A DNA stretch of 64,000 nt from Octopus sinensis (GCF_006345805.1 NC_043007.1:50964001-51028000), one strand, 5' to 3'; positions 23,625 to 36,786 are shown, counted from the stretch's first letter. A program made the numbers and translations. Notes: generated by a model from the sequence alone, not told the origin.

Positions 23625-24894
23625 CGAGGGGCGTTCAATAAGTAATACCCCTGACCCACTTCCCATAGCAGTAGAGCAACGACACTTGGCACAGTTATTA
23701 GTCTTTTCCTACATAGGAACTACCCAGAGTTATGCATTTCTCCCATCGTTTGATACAGCTCTGGAGACCGTTTTTGTAGAAGACCCCAGCTTGGTCCTCC
23801 AACCACGACGTGACTTCAGAAATCAAGGCTGCATCATCTGGGAAACGCTTTCCTTTCAAAATCAACTTCATGGCTGGGAAGAGGTGAAAATCAGAGGGTG
23901 CAAGGGGAGGAGTTCATAGCTGCACGCCTGTGCTTCTGATCTGGCGACACGCGAGTTGTGGACCGGAGCGTTGTCCTGCAAGAGGGGGATGCCTTTGCTG
24001 ATCTTGCCCCGCCTCTTGATTTTGATAGCTTCTCTTAATTTCCTCAAAAGTGAAGCATAATAGCCTCCTGTAATTGTGGTACCCTTTGCCAGGAAATCTG
24101 TCATCACTACTCCGTCCTGGTCCCAGAAGACTGTGAGCATAACCTTGTCAGCGGAGGGCTGCACCCTTGCCTTCTTTGGAGGAGGTGAGTCACGGTGCTT
24201 TCACTGCATTGACTGGGCTTCGGTCTATGGATCATAGTGATGGACCCAGGTTTTATCCTGTGTGATCAGTCTTTTGAAAAATTTTGACTCATCTTCTTGG
24301 CACATCTCCAAATTCATCCTCGAGCACTCAACGCGTTCTTGCTTCTGGAAAGGTGTGATCAACCTGGAAATCCATCTGGCAGACACCTTTTGCATATGCA
24401 AATGGTCATGAATGATAGTTTCCACAGACCCGGTACTAATCTTGACCTTATGGGCTATTTGGCGAATAGTTATGCGTTGACCTTCCAAAATGGCAGCCTC
24501 AACTTGACGGACAGACGTCTCATCAACGGCAGAAGGGGGCGACCAGATCTGGGAGCTGTTTCCACAGAGTTCCGACTATGTTTGAATTCACAATGCCAGC
24601 GTTTTACAAGGTCATATGATGGGGCATCATCACCATAAGTTACTTTCATTTCATTAAAAGTCTCCCGTGGTGTGCGTCCTTTCAAATACAAAAACCAGAT
24701 CACTGCTCGACACTCAACAGGCTCCATTTCACAATTGACTCAGTTCAAACACCTGTAAATCAGAAACCACAATTAGTTCAGAGCTGTAATTCGCCACTTA
24801 ATCTATAGAGGTATAAATAAGTGCACATGCAAAAGTTCAGCTAGATCAAACAATTGCAAGTGGGTCAGGGGCATTACTTATTGAACGCCCCTCG
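23625..24894 (-). mobile_element. Full-length mariner transposon (1270 bp), probably irritans-like subfamily
   Basis: 37-bp TIRs CGAGGGGCGTTCAATAAGTAAT(A/G)CCCCTGACCCACTT, TA on both sides, inserted in (TA)n. Confidence 0.95.
23698..24727 (-). pseudogene. Mariner transposase, frameshifted
   Basis: MEPVECRAVIWFLYLKG...RSGRP; QDKTWVHHYDP; KVMLTVFWD; LLQDNAPVH; several frameshifts; the expected HPPYSPD before LAPSDF appears deleted near 23890. Confidence 0.9.
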
Positions 24895-25452
24895 TATATA
24901 TATATATATATATGTATATATATGTGTGTGTGTGTATGTATATGTATATAAGTATGTACATATGTATGTATGTATGCATGTAAGTATGTATGAATGAATG
25001 TACGTATATAATTGTTAAAGAGGACAACAAGCAAGGCAAACATCTCAAGTCATATACACTATTATTATTGGAAAAAATTCGAAGTCTTACAGCTGTTTCT
25101 GGGATATCCCAGAGTATGGGAAACAAATTAGGTATAGATTAATGAAATGACGACATAGAGGGCAGGAGTAAAGGAATAAGGAGAGGAAGAAAGAGAAGAA
25201 AAATGAAGCATAAAAGTTCACAGTTCAAATTTCTGACCCATACCTTCTCGGTTATAATCTTGGAGCCTTAGTTACTCGTTACAGCACCTACCTAGCGTAC
25301 CTAATCGTTTAGATGACTTGTGAACTAAGCCCCCAATATCTTTTAAGTATATATATATTTACGTATGTATGTATGTATGTATGTATGTATGTATGTATGT
25401 ATGTATATGTATATATATATATATATATACACATATATATAGGAACATATGA

Positions 25453-25483
<31 letters not shown>

Positions 25484-25494
25484 GGAATATATGA

Positions 25495-25534
<40 letters not shown>

Positions 25535-25708
25535 TCATATATATATGCGTGCATTTATACACACCACATACATATATAATGAAAGTTTGTATGCATTAAT
25601 GAAAGTGGAAAATTGTAGGTATAAATATACATAAATACACTCAAATATAAGCTAAAAAATAATCAGTATACATATCTGTACGGTATTGGCTATGCATTTA
25701 CAAAGAAT

Positions 25709-25890
25709 GGGGCGGCGAGCTCGCGGAATCGTTAGGACGCCGGACAAAATGCTTAGATGCGTTTCATCCGTTTTACATTTTGAGTTCAAATTCATTCTTT
25801 CGGGGTCAATACAATAAGTAATAGCTAAGCACTGGAGTCGACGTAACTGACTAGCCCCCTTCCTCACCACCAAAAACGCCTGGTTCCTAT
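25709..25890 (+). mobile_element. SINE family C with an internal deletion
   Basis: GGCGGCGAGCTCGCGGAATCGTTAG...GAGTTCAAATTC...TTTCGGGGTC...GCACTGGAGTCGA. Confidence 0.7.
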
Positions 25891-26163
25891 AGTAGAAAGG
25901 CTATTTAAAAAGAATAGTGACTTTGTACTTTCACTGATGGATGACTGCAACAGATCATAGATGCTGAAAAATTGAACATCGGTTATACATGTAATTATAT
26001 TTCGGAAGTGGCGTATAGTGAGTTGTTTGTATTGCCGTTAACAACTGTAGTATAATCAAACACCGATATCCATAGCCACAATATTTACACACAGACGAGT
26101 ATGATCATCAGCAAAAATGGATATCTGTATACACACACGCGCTCGTGCGGTCGCGCGCACACG

Positions 26164-26206
<43 letters not shown>

Positions 26207-26267
26207 CAATCTAGAAGACCATGTACGAACACAATCATATATTCATATTTTCCAATAAAGAGGCATC

Positions 26268-26293
<26 letters not shown>

Positions 26294-26298
<5 letters not shown>

Positions 26299-26683
26299 CA
26301 CCGTCGGTTACGATGATGAGGGTTCCAGTTGATCCGATCAACGGAACAGCCTGCTCGTGAAATTAACGTGCAAGTGACTGAGCACTCCATAGACATTTAA
26401 CGTAGTTCTCGGGGAGATTCCACAAATCCTTAACGTAGGTCTCGGGGAGATTCAGCGTGACACAGAGTTTGACAAGGCTGGCCCTTTGAAATACAGGTAC
26501 AACAGAAACAGGAAGAAAGAGTGAGAGAAAGTTGTGGTGAAAGAGTACAGCAGTGTTCGTCACCACTCCCTGCCGGATCCTCGTGGAGTTTTAGCTGTTT
26601 TCGTTCAATAAACACTCACAAGGCTCGGTCTGGGAATCGAAACCGCGGTCCTACGACCGCCAGTCCGTTGCCCTAACCACTGG
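26294..26683 (-). mobile_element. tRNA-derived SINE family D, near full length
   Basis: Minus strand CCAGTGGTTAGGGC...GGTTTCGATTCCC tRNA head; colinear with 3246-3586; small internal duplication at 26398-26455. Confidence 0.85.
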
Positions 26684-27317
26684 ACATAAATACAACAACT
26701 AATTGTATAGTGTTCCTTATTATCTATAATTTTAATTAACAACACTGAATATTGCACACACATGTATTTTTCAAATTTAAGCGCTTATGTTTTCCGTTTG
26801 CCTGTGTGTGTGTGTTTATATATATGTATGTGTGCATACATACATACATACATACATACATGTATATACATACATATATGTATTTACATATAACTATGTA
26901 TGTATATATGTATACTGGAGGAAAAAGTGAAAGTGAGTAAACAGGAATCGCGGTTGTCTTGTAAAATACTACCTGTAGAGTAAGGGCGAGCGACATCAAA
27001 TCTACTGAATGTCACTTTGGGTGTTTGTTATAAATATTTCACAACAACATAGAATGAATATAAAAACAATATTTATAAGAAACCGATATGATTTAAAATG
27101 AAATGGAAATATCCCAAAATATATTATATAATACGGGTGTCTACCCATCACCACGGTGGGTGTTTATTTTTTTGTCCTGAAACAACATGACTAGAAATGT
27201 ATCATATTAATGTAAATACAAATATAGGAGAGATACAGACATAGAAAGGTGCCAACCATTCACCGAAATACCCATGTATAATATTTATTAGACAAATACA
27301 TAAATACATACATACAC

Positions 27318-27348
<31 letters not shown>

Positions 27349-27717
27349 AACAGACATAATAGCACACATTCATATAAACACACACATATATACATACATA
27401 AATGCAGATATACATGCATACGTACATAATACCTTTTATACAGATGTTAATGCATACACATATACATATATAAACGTATATATAAGCATGCGTGTGTGTA
27501 AATATATGTCTATACCTATATGCTTCTATCTTCGATCTATCTATCTGTTTATTCATCTATCCATCTATCTACCTTTATACACACGTATGTACACACATAC
27601 AACCATACCTACAAATGTGTTTGTCTATATGTGTGTGTGTGTATATATATATATATATGCATTTATGTATGTATATATGTGTATATATATACATATATAC
27701 ATATGTATGTATGTATG

Positions 27718-27751
<34 letters not shown>

Positions 27752-27789
27752 TGTATGTAGGTATGTATGTATGTATGTATGTATGTATG

Positions 27790-27850
<61 letters not shown>

Positions 27851-28567
27851 CATATATATGTATGTGTATGTATGTATGTATGTATGTATGTATGTGCGTG
27901 CATTGTATTTATGATGTTAACTGTCATTTCTTCAATAACTTTCATAATTATGTTTTAGAGAATCTATATCGTTGTAACCAATAAACATAGACCTTTGGCT
28001 ATAACAAAGTTTCTCTGTTTCGATTCAGCAGTTTAAAACTAGATTTAGTTCATCAACTTGCTATTTACACATCCTTATAAAAAACCAACCTTCTCTTTCG
28101 AAGTTATATATTCCAATCAATTTTTTCCGTTTTATATCAAAGAATTATTCGCGATTATTCGATGATATCTTAAATATTTTCCTTTATATCCCAAACTTTG
28201 TATAAAACAATTACATCTTTTGATCTTATTCTGTAACCTTATATAGGTAAGAGAACGATTTTCAACATTTTCAACTTATAACCTTCCATTTTCTCAGTTT
28301 CTTTTAAACTGATGTCATTTGTTTTAATAATGAATGTCATTGTAATAATATGTAAACATTTTTTTCTAAATACAGACATATTATCAAGCCATGTAACAGT
28401 CAGTGTTTTTGAATACATAAAACACGCACAGTTAAATGTCAACTCTTTTATATACATAACCAACTAAAATACTTTTTGCGCGAATATATCGAAGTATGTA
28501 CATGAAGCAGTGATTCGAAACTGAACCGACAGAACCACAGTAGTTTCAAGTGATCGGTCTATTAAGC

Positions 28568-28626
28568 AGCCAATCAGTGTCAAGCCATTGCGTGTTTCAA
28601 TATTCTGCTTGTACCCTGTATAAAAG
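28568..28626 (+). promoter_or_regulatory. Candidate Pol II core promoter: CCAAT box plus TATA box
   Basis: AGCCAATCAG (28568-28577, NF-Y consensus) and TATAAAAG (28619-28626), followed by GC-richer sequence and GCCATG at ~28696, in apparently non-repetitive DNA. Confidence 0.45.
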
Positions 28627-29399
28627 CTGCTTTGGCGCCCGCACTCTTTGCCGCGCGTTCAGACTGACCGATTCATTCACCTACTTCACCTCTTGCCATG
28701 CAGAATGTTGAAACAGCTGAGCTATGCGTCTCCATTCTAGCCACGAATATAGCACAATCGTTTCCAGTTATGTTGGGTCAGTCACATTTTGCTGAATCAG
28801 TAGGCTTGCTATAAACTCCAAGCATCCTCTCCCTGTACGTAATTATTGGTGTTGTTATGTGTAAAAGCCAATAGAATTTACTTTTATGTGCAATAATAAA
28901 ATCTTCTGTCCGCGGGTATTATCTGTTACTTCTTCACGCAGTCCAAGAAGCACATTTTCATTAATTCACCCAGTCATCTCCTCAGACCTTACACACACAA
29001 GCACACGCACACACACATACACACACGCGCGCACACGCACGCACGTACACATACACACACGCACACACATATTTGCTATTTCTCTGATTGGAACACAGGT
29101 GTGCACACATAGTATGTATATATGTATCTATCTATGTTTATATATATATATATATATTATATATATATATATATATATATGGAGAGTTAGGGTGAAGATT
29201 GTGTGCTATTACATCAAACATACTTGTTGGTTAAGGCCAGAGCAATGCGTGCGAGATGAGATATAAAGTAGTCTACAAAAAGAAATATAAAAAGGGTTGG
29301 AGTTTTACATTATATTTCGATATTTCAAGGTTATGAGCTTTTCCTCAAGTCATATGGACAAGCGAGGGAGGAAAAAAAAGGTCGCTTCTCAGAACCTAT

Positions 29400-29610
29400 G
29401 TGGGGATACGAGATACGTCTACTGTAAATGTAGGGCATCGTACATTGGGAGCAACACCAAGAAACTGCACTTTCAAATTACAGACAATTCGATCAAAAAA
29501 CACCTGCAGAAGTGCAAGACCTAGGCCACTCAACGCAGTAGAGGTGATCTCAGAGTCATGGAGGCTCTCCTTATCAACAAACTGAGACAAGCTAAGCAGG
29601 CTGATTACTA
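29400..29610 (+). pseudogene. Penelope-like GIY-YIG endonuclease remnant
   Basis: YVYCKCRASYIGSNTKKLHFQI...SIKKHLQKC, then (other frame) DLRVMEALLINKL; matches the PLE EN pattern VY..C.C..SYIG.T...L. Confidence 0.55.
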
Positions 29611-29759
29611 TAGCAACGCCAGTCTGTGCATGTTACCGTCCTCCCCAGCACATCTGAATAACGACCCTTTCACATCCCCCGCTCGTCGACATTTGTGGTG
29701 GAATTTGAACTTGGAATATACACAGCATTAGTAAATATCGCTAAGCTTTCTACTAATCC

Positions 29760-30290
29760 TACATTTTTGTTTGGTCGTTGGGAATCGACCTTGACTTTCA
29801 CTGATTTTCATTCCCAGACTAGTGAGACTGATGCGGTTGATATTCAGTTTGTACAAATGTAAGTCGAAGTTTGCAACAAAGAAATCCTTGAAGGCGAATG
29901 AATTGAAGAGATTGACATTCTGGTGTACAGCGATTATGCTATTTAATTAGGTCATAGGTACGAGACCTTTTTTTTTTCAGTTAAATCTAATTACCCGATC
30001 CGCAGATACTTTTAGCAAACCTTTTAAGTTTTTCCTGCAGGCGTTCAGGTTGTACATCAGTCACATCAATCATAGCTATCCAATCCAGAAGTAAATTAGT
30101 ATATTATGGATGAAAATCTAAGTCAAGCATAGCTAAATTTTCAAAAGCATTCAAGTTGTGGATAAAATATTGGTCAAAGGAAAAATAGATTGAAACACCA
30201 GAGTGATCCGAGACACCTTCATCAACCATGGTAGATGCGTTGGTTAACATTCATATGACTTTCATCAGGAAGATACATTCAAAATATTAA
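29760..30290 (-). mobile_element. Possible old CR1/L2-type LINE ORF2 remnant
   Basis: Minus strand gives VDEGVSDHSGV (SDH, end of an APE domain) and LLLDWIAMIDVTDV...KLKRF (typical post-EN linker); stops present. Confidence 0.35.
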
Positions 30291-31282
30291 TGTTTATATA
30301 CCTGTACAGTTATGTTTTGTACCTAACTTTAACAAACTTATCTTTCACTTCATTTCTATGATTTTATAAATAAAATTTTCCATATGTTGTACTAATGAGA
30401 TATAAAAGTATTAAAGCGTGTCTCGACATAGGATAGAAAATACAAACAACAATACAGAATAATTCATTTTGTCGAAATTTCAACCTTGCCACTATGGCTG
30501 ACGTTGAAAACGTAGAGAAAAAAAGATAAGAAAAGATTTTATTTTCATAAATACTTTATAGAAGAGTATGCTCTTACAGGATTCGAACTTCTATTGTGTG
30601 ATTTACATTGAACAATAAACAATGAATTTAGTCCCCCACTGACCAAAACAAAACATAAAGATAAAAAAATAAAATTATTTTGATCGATGAAAACAGAAGG
30701 AAAATGATGTCACATGAATGATAAAAAACAGTGTATGTATATATGTGTATGTACGTGCATACGTGTGTGTGTGCAAACGCACATTTATACACGTACATAC
30801 ATACATATGTCTGTTTTTCAGCCGAAACGACCGGGGGTTCCATTTTTCTTATTTTTTTCTTCCTCTTCCTTGTTTATCCTTTAACTTTTTGTTTTCTTTC
30901 TTGTAAAATCTTTCCACTTGCTAACATCTCTAGGAAATGGTAATTAGAAGGGATGTATGTATAGAAACTGGAGAAGGCATCTTGTATTATGTCAAAGAAC
31001 CTCTGTTGTTTTCACTTTTAATTAAATATCCGTTCCTAATAACACATCGCTCTCCAGACAGCAACTTTGCAAGAGAAACACAGAAATGCACACATACACA
31101 CAGTCACACACACACGCACGCACACACCCACACACACCCACACACACACACACACACAAATATGCACACAAACACACACACTCACACATACACACATGTG
31201 TGTATGTGTTGAGTGTATAAGTCAATGCTTATAAGAAAACGCAAACTGAATTTCAGTCTTACCAACTGCTGATCGGGAAGTC

Positions 31283-31344
<62 letters not shown>

Positions 31345-32234
31345 TATATTATATAATGCATCCATATATACATTTTAAGTGTATATGTATATGTCTATTT
31401 ATGTTTGCAATTTTTGTTTTGATTTACTTTGTCTATATTTCATGTGATTTTCACTAATTTAAAAATATTTTTGCGTATGTTTGAGGTGGTGGTCATGGTG
31501 GTGGAGGGTGGGTGTGGCTTAGCGGTGTAGTTTTTTTTATTTTATGCTTCCATATCTAGTACGTTTTGTGTATTTTTTTAACTTAACATGAGGAAGATAT
31601 ACTTTCTAGAATAATCTTAACACACACGTGTGTGTATGTGTGTGCGTGCGTGCGTGTGTGTGTGTGTGTGTATGTTTGTGTATGTGCATGCGTGCATGTG
31701 TGTGTAGTATATATACATATATGAATACATAAACATACATCCCCCGCACACACATATGGTGGGATATAAGGGAATTACCAATGCCAATGTTCTAAACTAA
31801 CCTGGCCTGAGTGGACACTAAACATCTATACTGACCCCACAGACCGCCCACACAAACATTCGCATACACGGACTGACACTCAACATATTCATATTCATAC
31901 CACATATACAACATACACACACACACATGTACATACACTGACAGACTGAGAGCAAATTACATCAGTGTCAGTCACACACGTATAAATATATTAATACAAT
32001 TATACATATATCGGAAATGTCCTTAGTAAACTTATACGTGTATAAGAACATAAGTAGTGTATGTTTCCATGTTCAAGCGCCAGTTTATATATATATTCAT
32101 GTATATTTGAAAAGAGGTTAATATAAAATATATACACTCACAAACCGAAATTTGTTGCAACTCAACGGATGATTGATATATTTTCCTCATATATAATATA
32201 TATATATATATATATTTAGAAACAGCAAAAATTT

Positions 32235-32287
32235 AACAAAAGCTGTTACTCGGAGTTTCACGTTCCCGTTCGTCGGACAGTTTTGTT
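32235..32287 (-). ncRNA. Type I hammerhead motif, core mutant (CCGACGA), in a PLE pLTR fragment (32215-32385)
   Basis: Minus strand AACAAAACTGT-CCGACGA-ACG GGAA CGT-GAAA-CTCCGAGT-A-ACAGCTTTTGTT; U4 replaced by C. Confidence 0.7.
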
Positions 32288-32383
32288 AAATTTCTGCTGC
32301 TTTTAAATAAAGCATATTACTCTGCCTCTGGTATTTGAGTACTCTTTTTTCCACCTTGTTTCACATTTATGTGTTTACTCCGG

Positions 32384-32461
<78 letters not shown>

Positions 32462-32463
<2 letters not shown>

Positions 32464-32595
32464 TATATAATTAGGGTTCAGCAAAAAAGTTTACTTTACC
32501 ACACACCGAACTTTTAGAAATAGCAGCCAAAGAATTTAGCTATTTCTCCTACTATAAGAAGAGTCTCCCTTTTTGCTGAACCCTAATTATATAAA
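32462..32595. mobile_element. 134-bp MITE-like element with 26-bp TIRs
   Basis: TTTATATAATTAGGGTTCAGCAAAAA ... TTTTTGCTGAACCCTAATTATATAAA; internal GAAATAGC/GCTATTTC inverted pair. Confidence 0.7.
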
Positions 32596-32723
32596 GTAAT
32601 GTTTAAATATACCGTAAATGGTCCTTTTACATACTGAACACTGCTTGGTAAAATTATTAGTTAATTTTAACCTTATTATTATTGACTATATATATATATA
32701 TATATATATACATGCATACATAC

Positions 32724-32853
32724 ATGACTGTGCGGTAAGAAGCTTGCTTCCCAACCACGTCCCCGAGTTCAATTTCACTGAGTGTCTTCAACTATAGCCT
32801 AGGGTCGACCAAATCCTTCGGAATGGACCGATAGACAGAAACTGAAAGAACCC
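32724..32853 (+). mobile_element. SINE family A 5' part (diverged)
   Basis: GACTGTGCGGTAAGAAGCTTGCTTCCCAACCAC...CTATAGCC...GACCAAA...AGACAGAAACTGAAAGAA. Confidence 0.65.
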
Positions 32854-32856
32854 TGT

Positions 32857-32927
<71 letters not shown>

Positions 32928-32989
32928 CCCTTATATAATAAATAAATATATATATATATATATACTTTATTTAAAGCAGCAGAAAATTC

Positions 32990-33043
32990 AACAAAATCTG
33001 TTACTCTGAGTTTCTCGTTGCCGTTCATCAGACAGTTTTTGTT
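32990..33043 (-). ncRNA. Type I hammerhead ribozyme motif with intact core
   Basis: Minus strand AACAAAAACTGT-CTGATGA-ACG GCAA CGA-GAAA-CTCAGAGT-A-ACAGATTTTGTT; GUA triplet, predicted cut between 33002 and 33001; near-palindromic stem III. Confidence 0.8.
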
Positions 33044-33180
33044 AGAATGGAACCGATATATCAATTCAATCCAGACTCTTACAAACGCTACACCTTTAAA
33101 AAAATGGACTTGTTTGATTGGCCCTTTAGAAATAACGGTCAATCTTCGAGCGATAAACAAAAAATGAGCTCAAAAATATA

Positions 33181-33570
33181 TACTCTTACTCTTTACTCTT
33201 TTACTTGTTTCAGTCATTTGACTGCGGCCATGCTGGAGCACCGCCTTTAGTCGAGCAAATCGACCCCGGGACTTATTCTTTGTAAGCCCAGTACTTATTC
33301 TATCGGTCTCTTTTGCCGAACCGCTAAGTGACGGGGACGTAAACACACCAGCATCGGTTGTCAAGCGATTTGGGGGGGACAAACACAGACACACAAACAC
33401 ACATATACATATATACGACGGGCTTCTTTCAGTTTCCGTCTACCAAATCCACTCACAAGGCATTGGTCGGCCCGGGGCTGTAGCAGAAGACACTTGCCCA
33501 AGATGCCACGCAGTGAGACTGAACCCAGAACCATGTGGTTGGTTAGCAAGCTACTTACCACACAGCCACT
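33181..33570 (-). mobile_element. SINE family A, young-looking full-length copy
   Basis: Head AGTGGCTGTGTGGTAAGTAGCTTGCTAACC...GGTTCAGTCTC, core, TG tract and AAAAGAGTAA-type tail; serves as the empty-site reference for the 14255 insertion. Confidence 0.9.
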
Positions 33571-34594
33571 ATATATAAAAAAATTATAAAAATTATAAGA
33601 TTCGAGGAAAAACCTTACATTGAATAAAATACATATTGACGTTAATGGAGGAAATATAATTAATACATGGAAATTAAAATGCATTATAAATATTACACTG
33701 CAATACATATTCATATTAAAGTGTACATATATATATCAACATACATAGAAGGATGCGTGCAAACGCCATACATATACAGACGTATAAATATAAATTTAAA
33801 ATATACACACAAATGCATGCATACATATATATACGCAATCTATCTAGCTCGCAAGTTAAAATCATGGATGCTAATGTAGCGTTCCATATTTACGGAGCAA
33901 AGCTTAAGACATAAGTAAGTGAGGGTGACGTAAAGTTGTATGCACCAGTATCATATAGTTAGAGAAAAAAACGAAAGAAAGGAAGAGAGAGAAAAAGGAA
34001 CGAAGAAGGGGGAAGGAAAAAAAGAAAAAGGCGGGGTGGAGAAAAAACGAAATAAGAAAAATTATGTATACAAGCTGTGTAACCACGTTATTGACATATA
34101 TATAGAGACAAGTATACAAACACAAAAGTTCAAGTGGATACATACACATACAGTCGTGTATGTGTGTGCTTAAGCACAAACATACGCTCACTTACACATA
34201 CACAGAGACGCATGCTTACAAATACATATCCATGGCTATACACATATTTACATCAAAATTCTAATTTTTGACAACATTGCTTTTTTAAAAAAATGTTGAT
34301 TGTAATAATGAAAAATATACGAAAGACATATAAAATATAACACCCTATTTTGGATCATCTATAAATTAAAAATTAAAGTAAGCCTATACAATACAATACC
34401 ATGAAATAAACAAAGCCGAAGGTTTTTCCTAAGGTATATGTAGAAATATAAACAAAATAAACAAAATATATGCATGAGACTTTGCTATACGGAATGAAAT
34501 CTGCATAGCGCGAAACAAATCCATCGTCGCGTTTACATACTAGTCCAAGAGTCAAAATCAAAATTTCAAAAATCAAAAATACAAAATATATACT

Positions 34595-35737
34595 CTATCC
34601 ATATGGTATATTTATATTTGACATTTTAAATTTGGTTGCGTGTCTACATAAGTTCCTCAGCTCACTTCTTTGATTCAAAGAATTATTGTCTTTGAATAAA
34701 ATATGCAGTTTCTCTAATAGGCAAAGATTGCATTTAAAATTATTCCTGTGTGCTCCATGCCTGTATGGTGCCGCTCTGTCCAGAATGCTCCATGTCACAT
34801 TGAAAAGTGGGGTTTCCTTTTCTTTTAGTTCCCAGACTTATTTCGCTAGGCTGGTCCTCTTCCTATTCTCTGGGTATCTAAATGAATTTTTATGCGAATA
34901 AAATCGTGTTTTAAACGAATTTTCTGAAGCCCCTGTATATGTCTTGTATTCCGATGAGCCTTCTATTTGTACCTTGGCTCTATAAACTACTCCTTTTACT
35001 AGACATTTCCCTTCTAACGGACAGGAGGTTTCATTTTTGAAATTGCATTTCTTAATGGGCTCGGCACCATGTTTAATCTCAATCAGATTCCTATTATGCT
35101 GGCTAATGTAAGAGGCGAAATTTCTGCAACAAGAATAGCTAACCTTCAGGTTTCTTCTATTAAATATCCTATAGAATTTATGGCCCTGCTTAAAATGCTT
35201 AGAGACTAATCTCAAAAATTCCTTACCTATATTAGTCTTTACGGCCAAATTGAAAGCCGGGTTGAACCACAAAACTTTCCTGGTCCTAGTTCTTCGTGCA
35301 GCATTATTATCAGCATTAAGCTGGCTGTATTGGATCTTCTCAGGGAATCCACTATTCTTTAATGCGTTATCGTAATAAGGTGCAGCATTATGGAATACTG
35401 CCTCGTCCGAAGAAGTTGAAGATATTCTACCTACATTGCTGACTAAGTTCCTAAGGATAACTGGTGGATGGTTCGAATCTTTGCTAATATACGATAGCTT
35501 TTCATTGGGCTTATGGAAAGGTTTAAATCTATCCGACCTTACATTAAAATTTACGTCTAAAAAATCTACACTATTCAGGTTAGCATCTATTGTAACCCGT
35601 AAGCCCTTCCTTTGAAAGAAAGCAATAAGGTCCTTCCTAAGTCTATCTGATTCATGGCCGTTTAGATTATGCGTGGCTATAAGGCCGTCATCTCTATATA
35701 AACCTGCATCTATAAATGGGAATTCTATTTTTAGATT
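34595..35737 (-). pseudogene. 5'-truncated Penelope-like element ORF (RT C-terminal part plus GIY-YIG), one in-frame stop
   Basis: YRDDGL, DFLDV, SNHPP, WFNPAF..VKTNIGK, VVYRAKV...YTGASENSFKTRFYSH, CNLCLLEK; the frame is continuous apart from TAA at 34838-34840 (SLAK*VWELK); motif set resembles the Nematis-type PLEs. Confidence 0.9.
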
Positions 35738-35759
35738 ATACACACACACACATTATATG

Positions 35760-35980
35760 TGGGTATGTGTGTGTCTTTGTGTCTGTGCTTGTTCCCCAGC
35801 ACTACTTGACAGTCTGTGTTGGGTCGTGTTCGTTCCCGTAACCTAGCGGCTCAGCCGAAAGGACCAATAGAATAAGTACCAAGCTATAAAAGTAAGAGAT
35901 CAGGGGTCGACTCATTCGATTAAAAATTCTTCAAGGCGGTGCCCCAGCATGGCCGCAGTCTAATAACTGAAACAAGTAAA
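35760..35980 (+). mobile_element. SINE family A 3' part
   Basis: AATAGAATAAGTACC...GGGGTCGA...GCCCCAGCATGGCCGCAGTC..AACTGAAACAAGTAAAA. Confidence 0.7.
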
Positions 35981-36639
35981 ATATATTTATATTATTTCAT
36001 AGTCGACCTCGGTGTAATTTGAACTCAGAACGTAAACAACTGGAAGAAATGCCGCTAAGCATTTTCCCTAACTATTCTGTCATTTTGCCGTCTTTATATT
36101 CATTTAATATAATATTAAATATGATGTGCAATAATATTATTATACATAAAATAATTGCATATAATATAGTCTATACACACACACGCGCACGTATATACAC
36201 ATAACATAGACATATGTACATTGATGCATATGTATATACGTATTTACAGTATTAATGTGTGTATGTGTATATGTGTGTGTGTGTATAAAAATAAACATCT
36301 CTCTACATATTGATATATACACTGCAAACATATTTGATACTTACATTGATAGCGTATATAAATCAGCTCACTTACACATTCACCTACACACATATATACA
36401 CATGAGTTAACGAATGGAGCAGATAATATCCGGGCTATATATGTTTCATAGCTAGTGGAAACCCCGGAAGTGGTAAATATCCAAGCGAGGTGTATACCGC
36501 AGGCTACTCTTCAGGCTAAGGATATCTTGATTAAATGAAGTATACATTGTCGTAAGGAGGTACATGTCAACACACGGAAAATTCGATCAGTATGCGTAAT
36601 ATTCTGATCGAATAGTTTCTGTGTTCACATACACACACA

Positions 36640-36786
36640 TATGAGAAGTAGAAACACCGATGGAGGGTTGTTCTTTGCGTTACTTGTCCTGTTTTCCATT
36701 TTTCTCTCGTTGTTTGCGTATTTAACTCATTTGTTTTCGTACTTCATGCTGTTTACTGTTGGTGACGTCCTGTACCCATATATGCA

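Noticed and set aside
34380-34590. Hammerhead in the 3' region of the 34595-35737 PLE
   Set aside because: No CUGANGA on the sense strand; the plus-strand CATGAGA...GAAAC arrangement does not form a canonical core.
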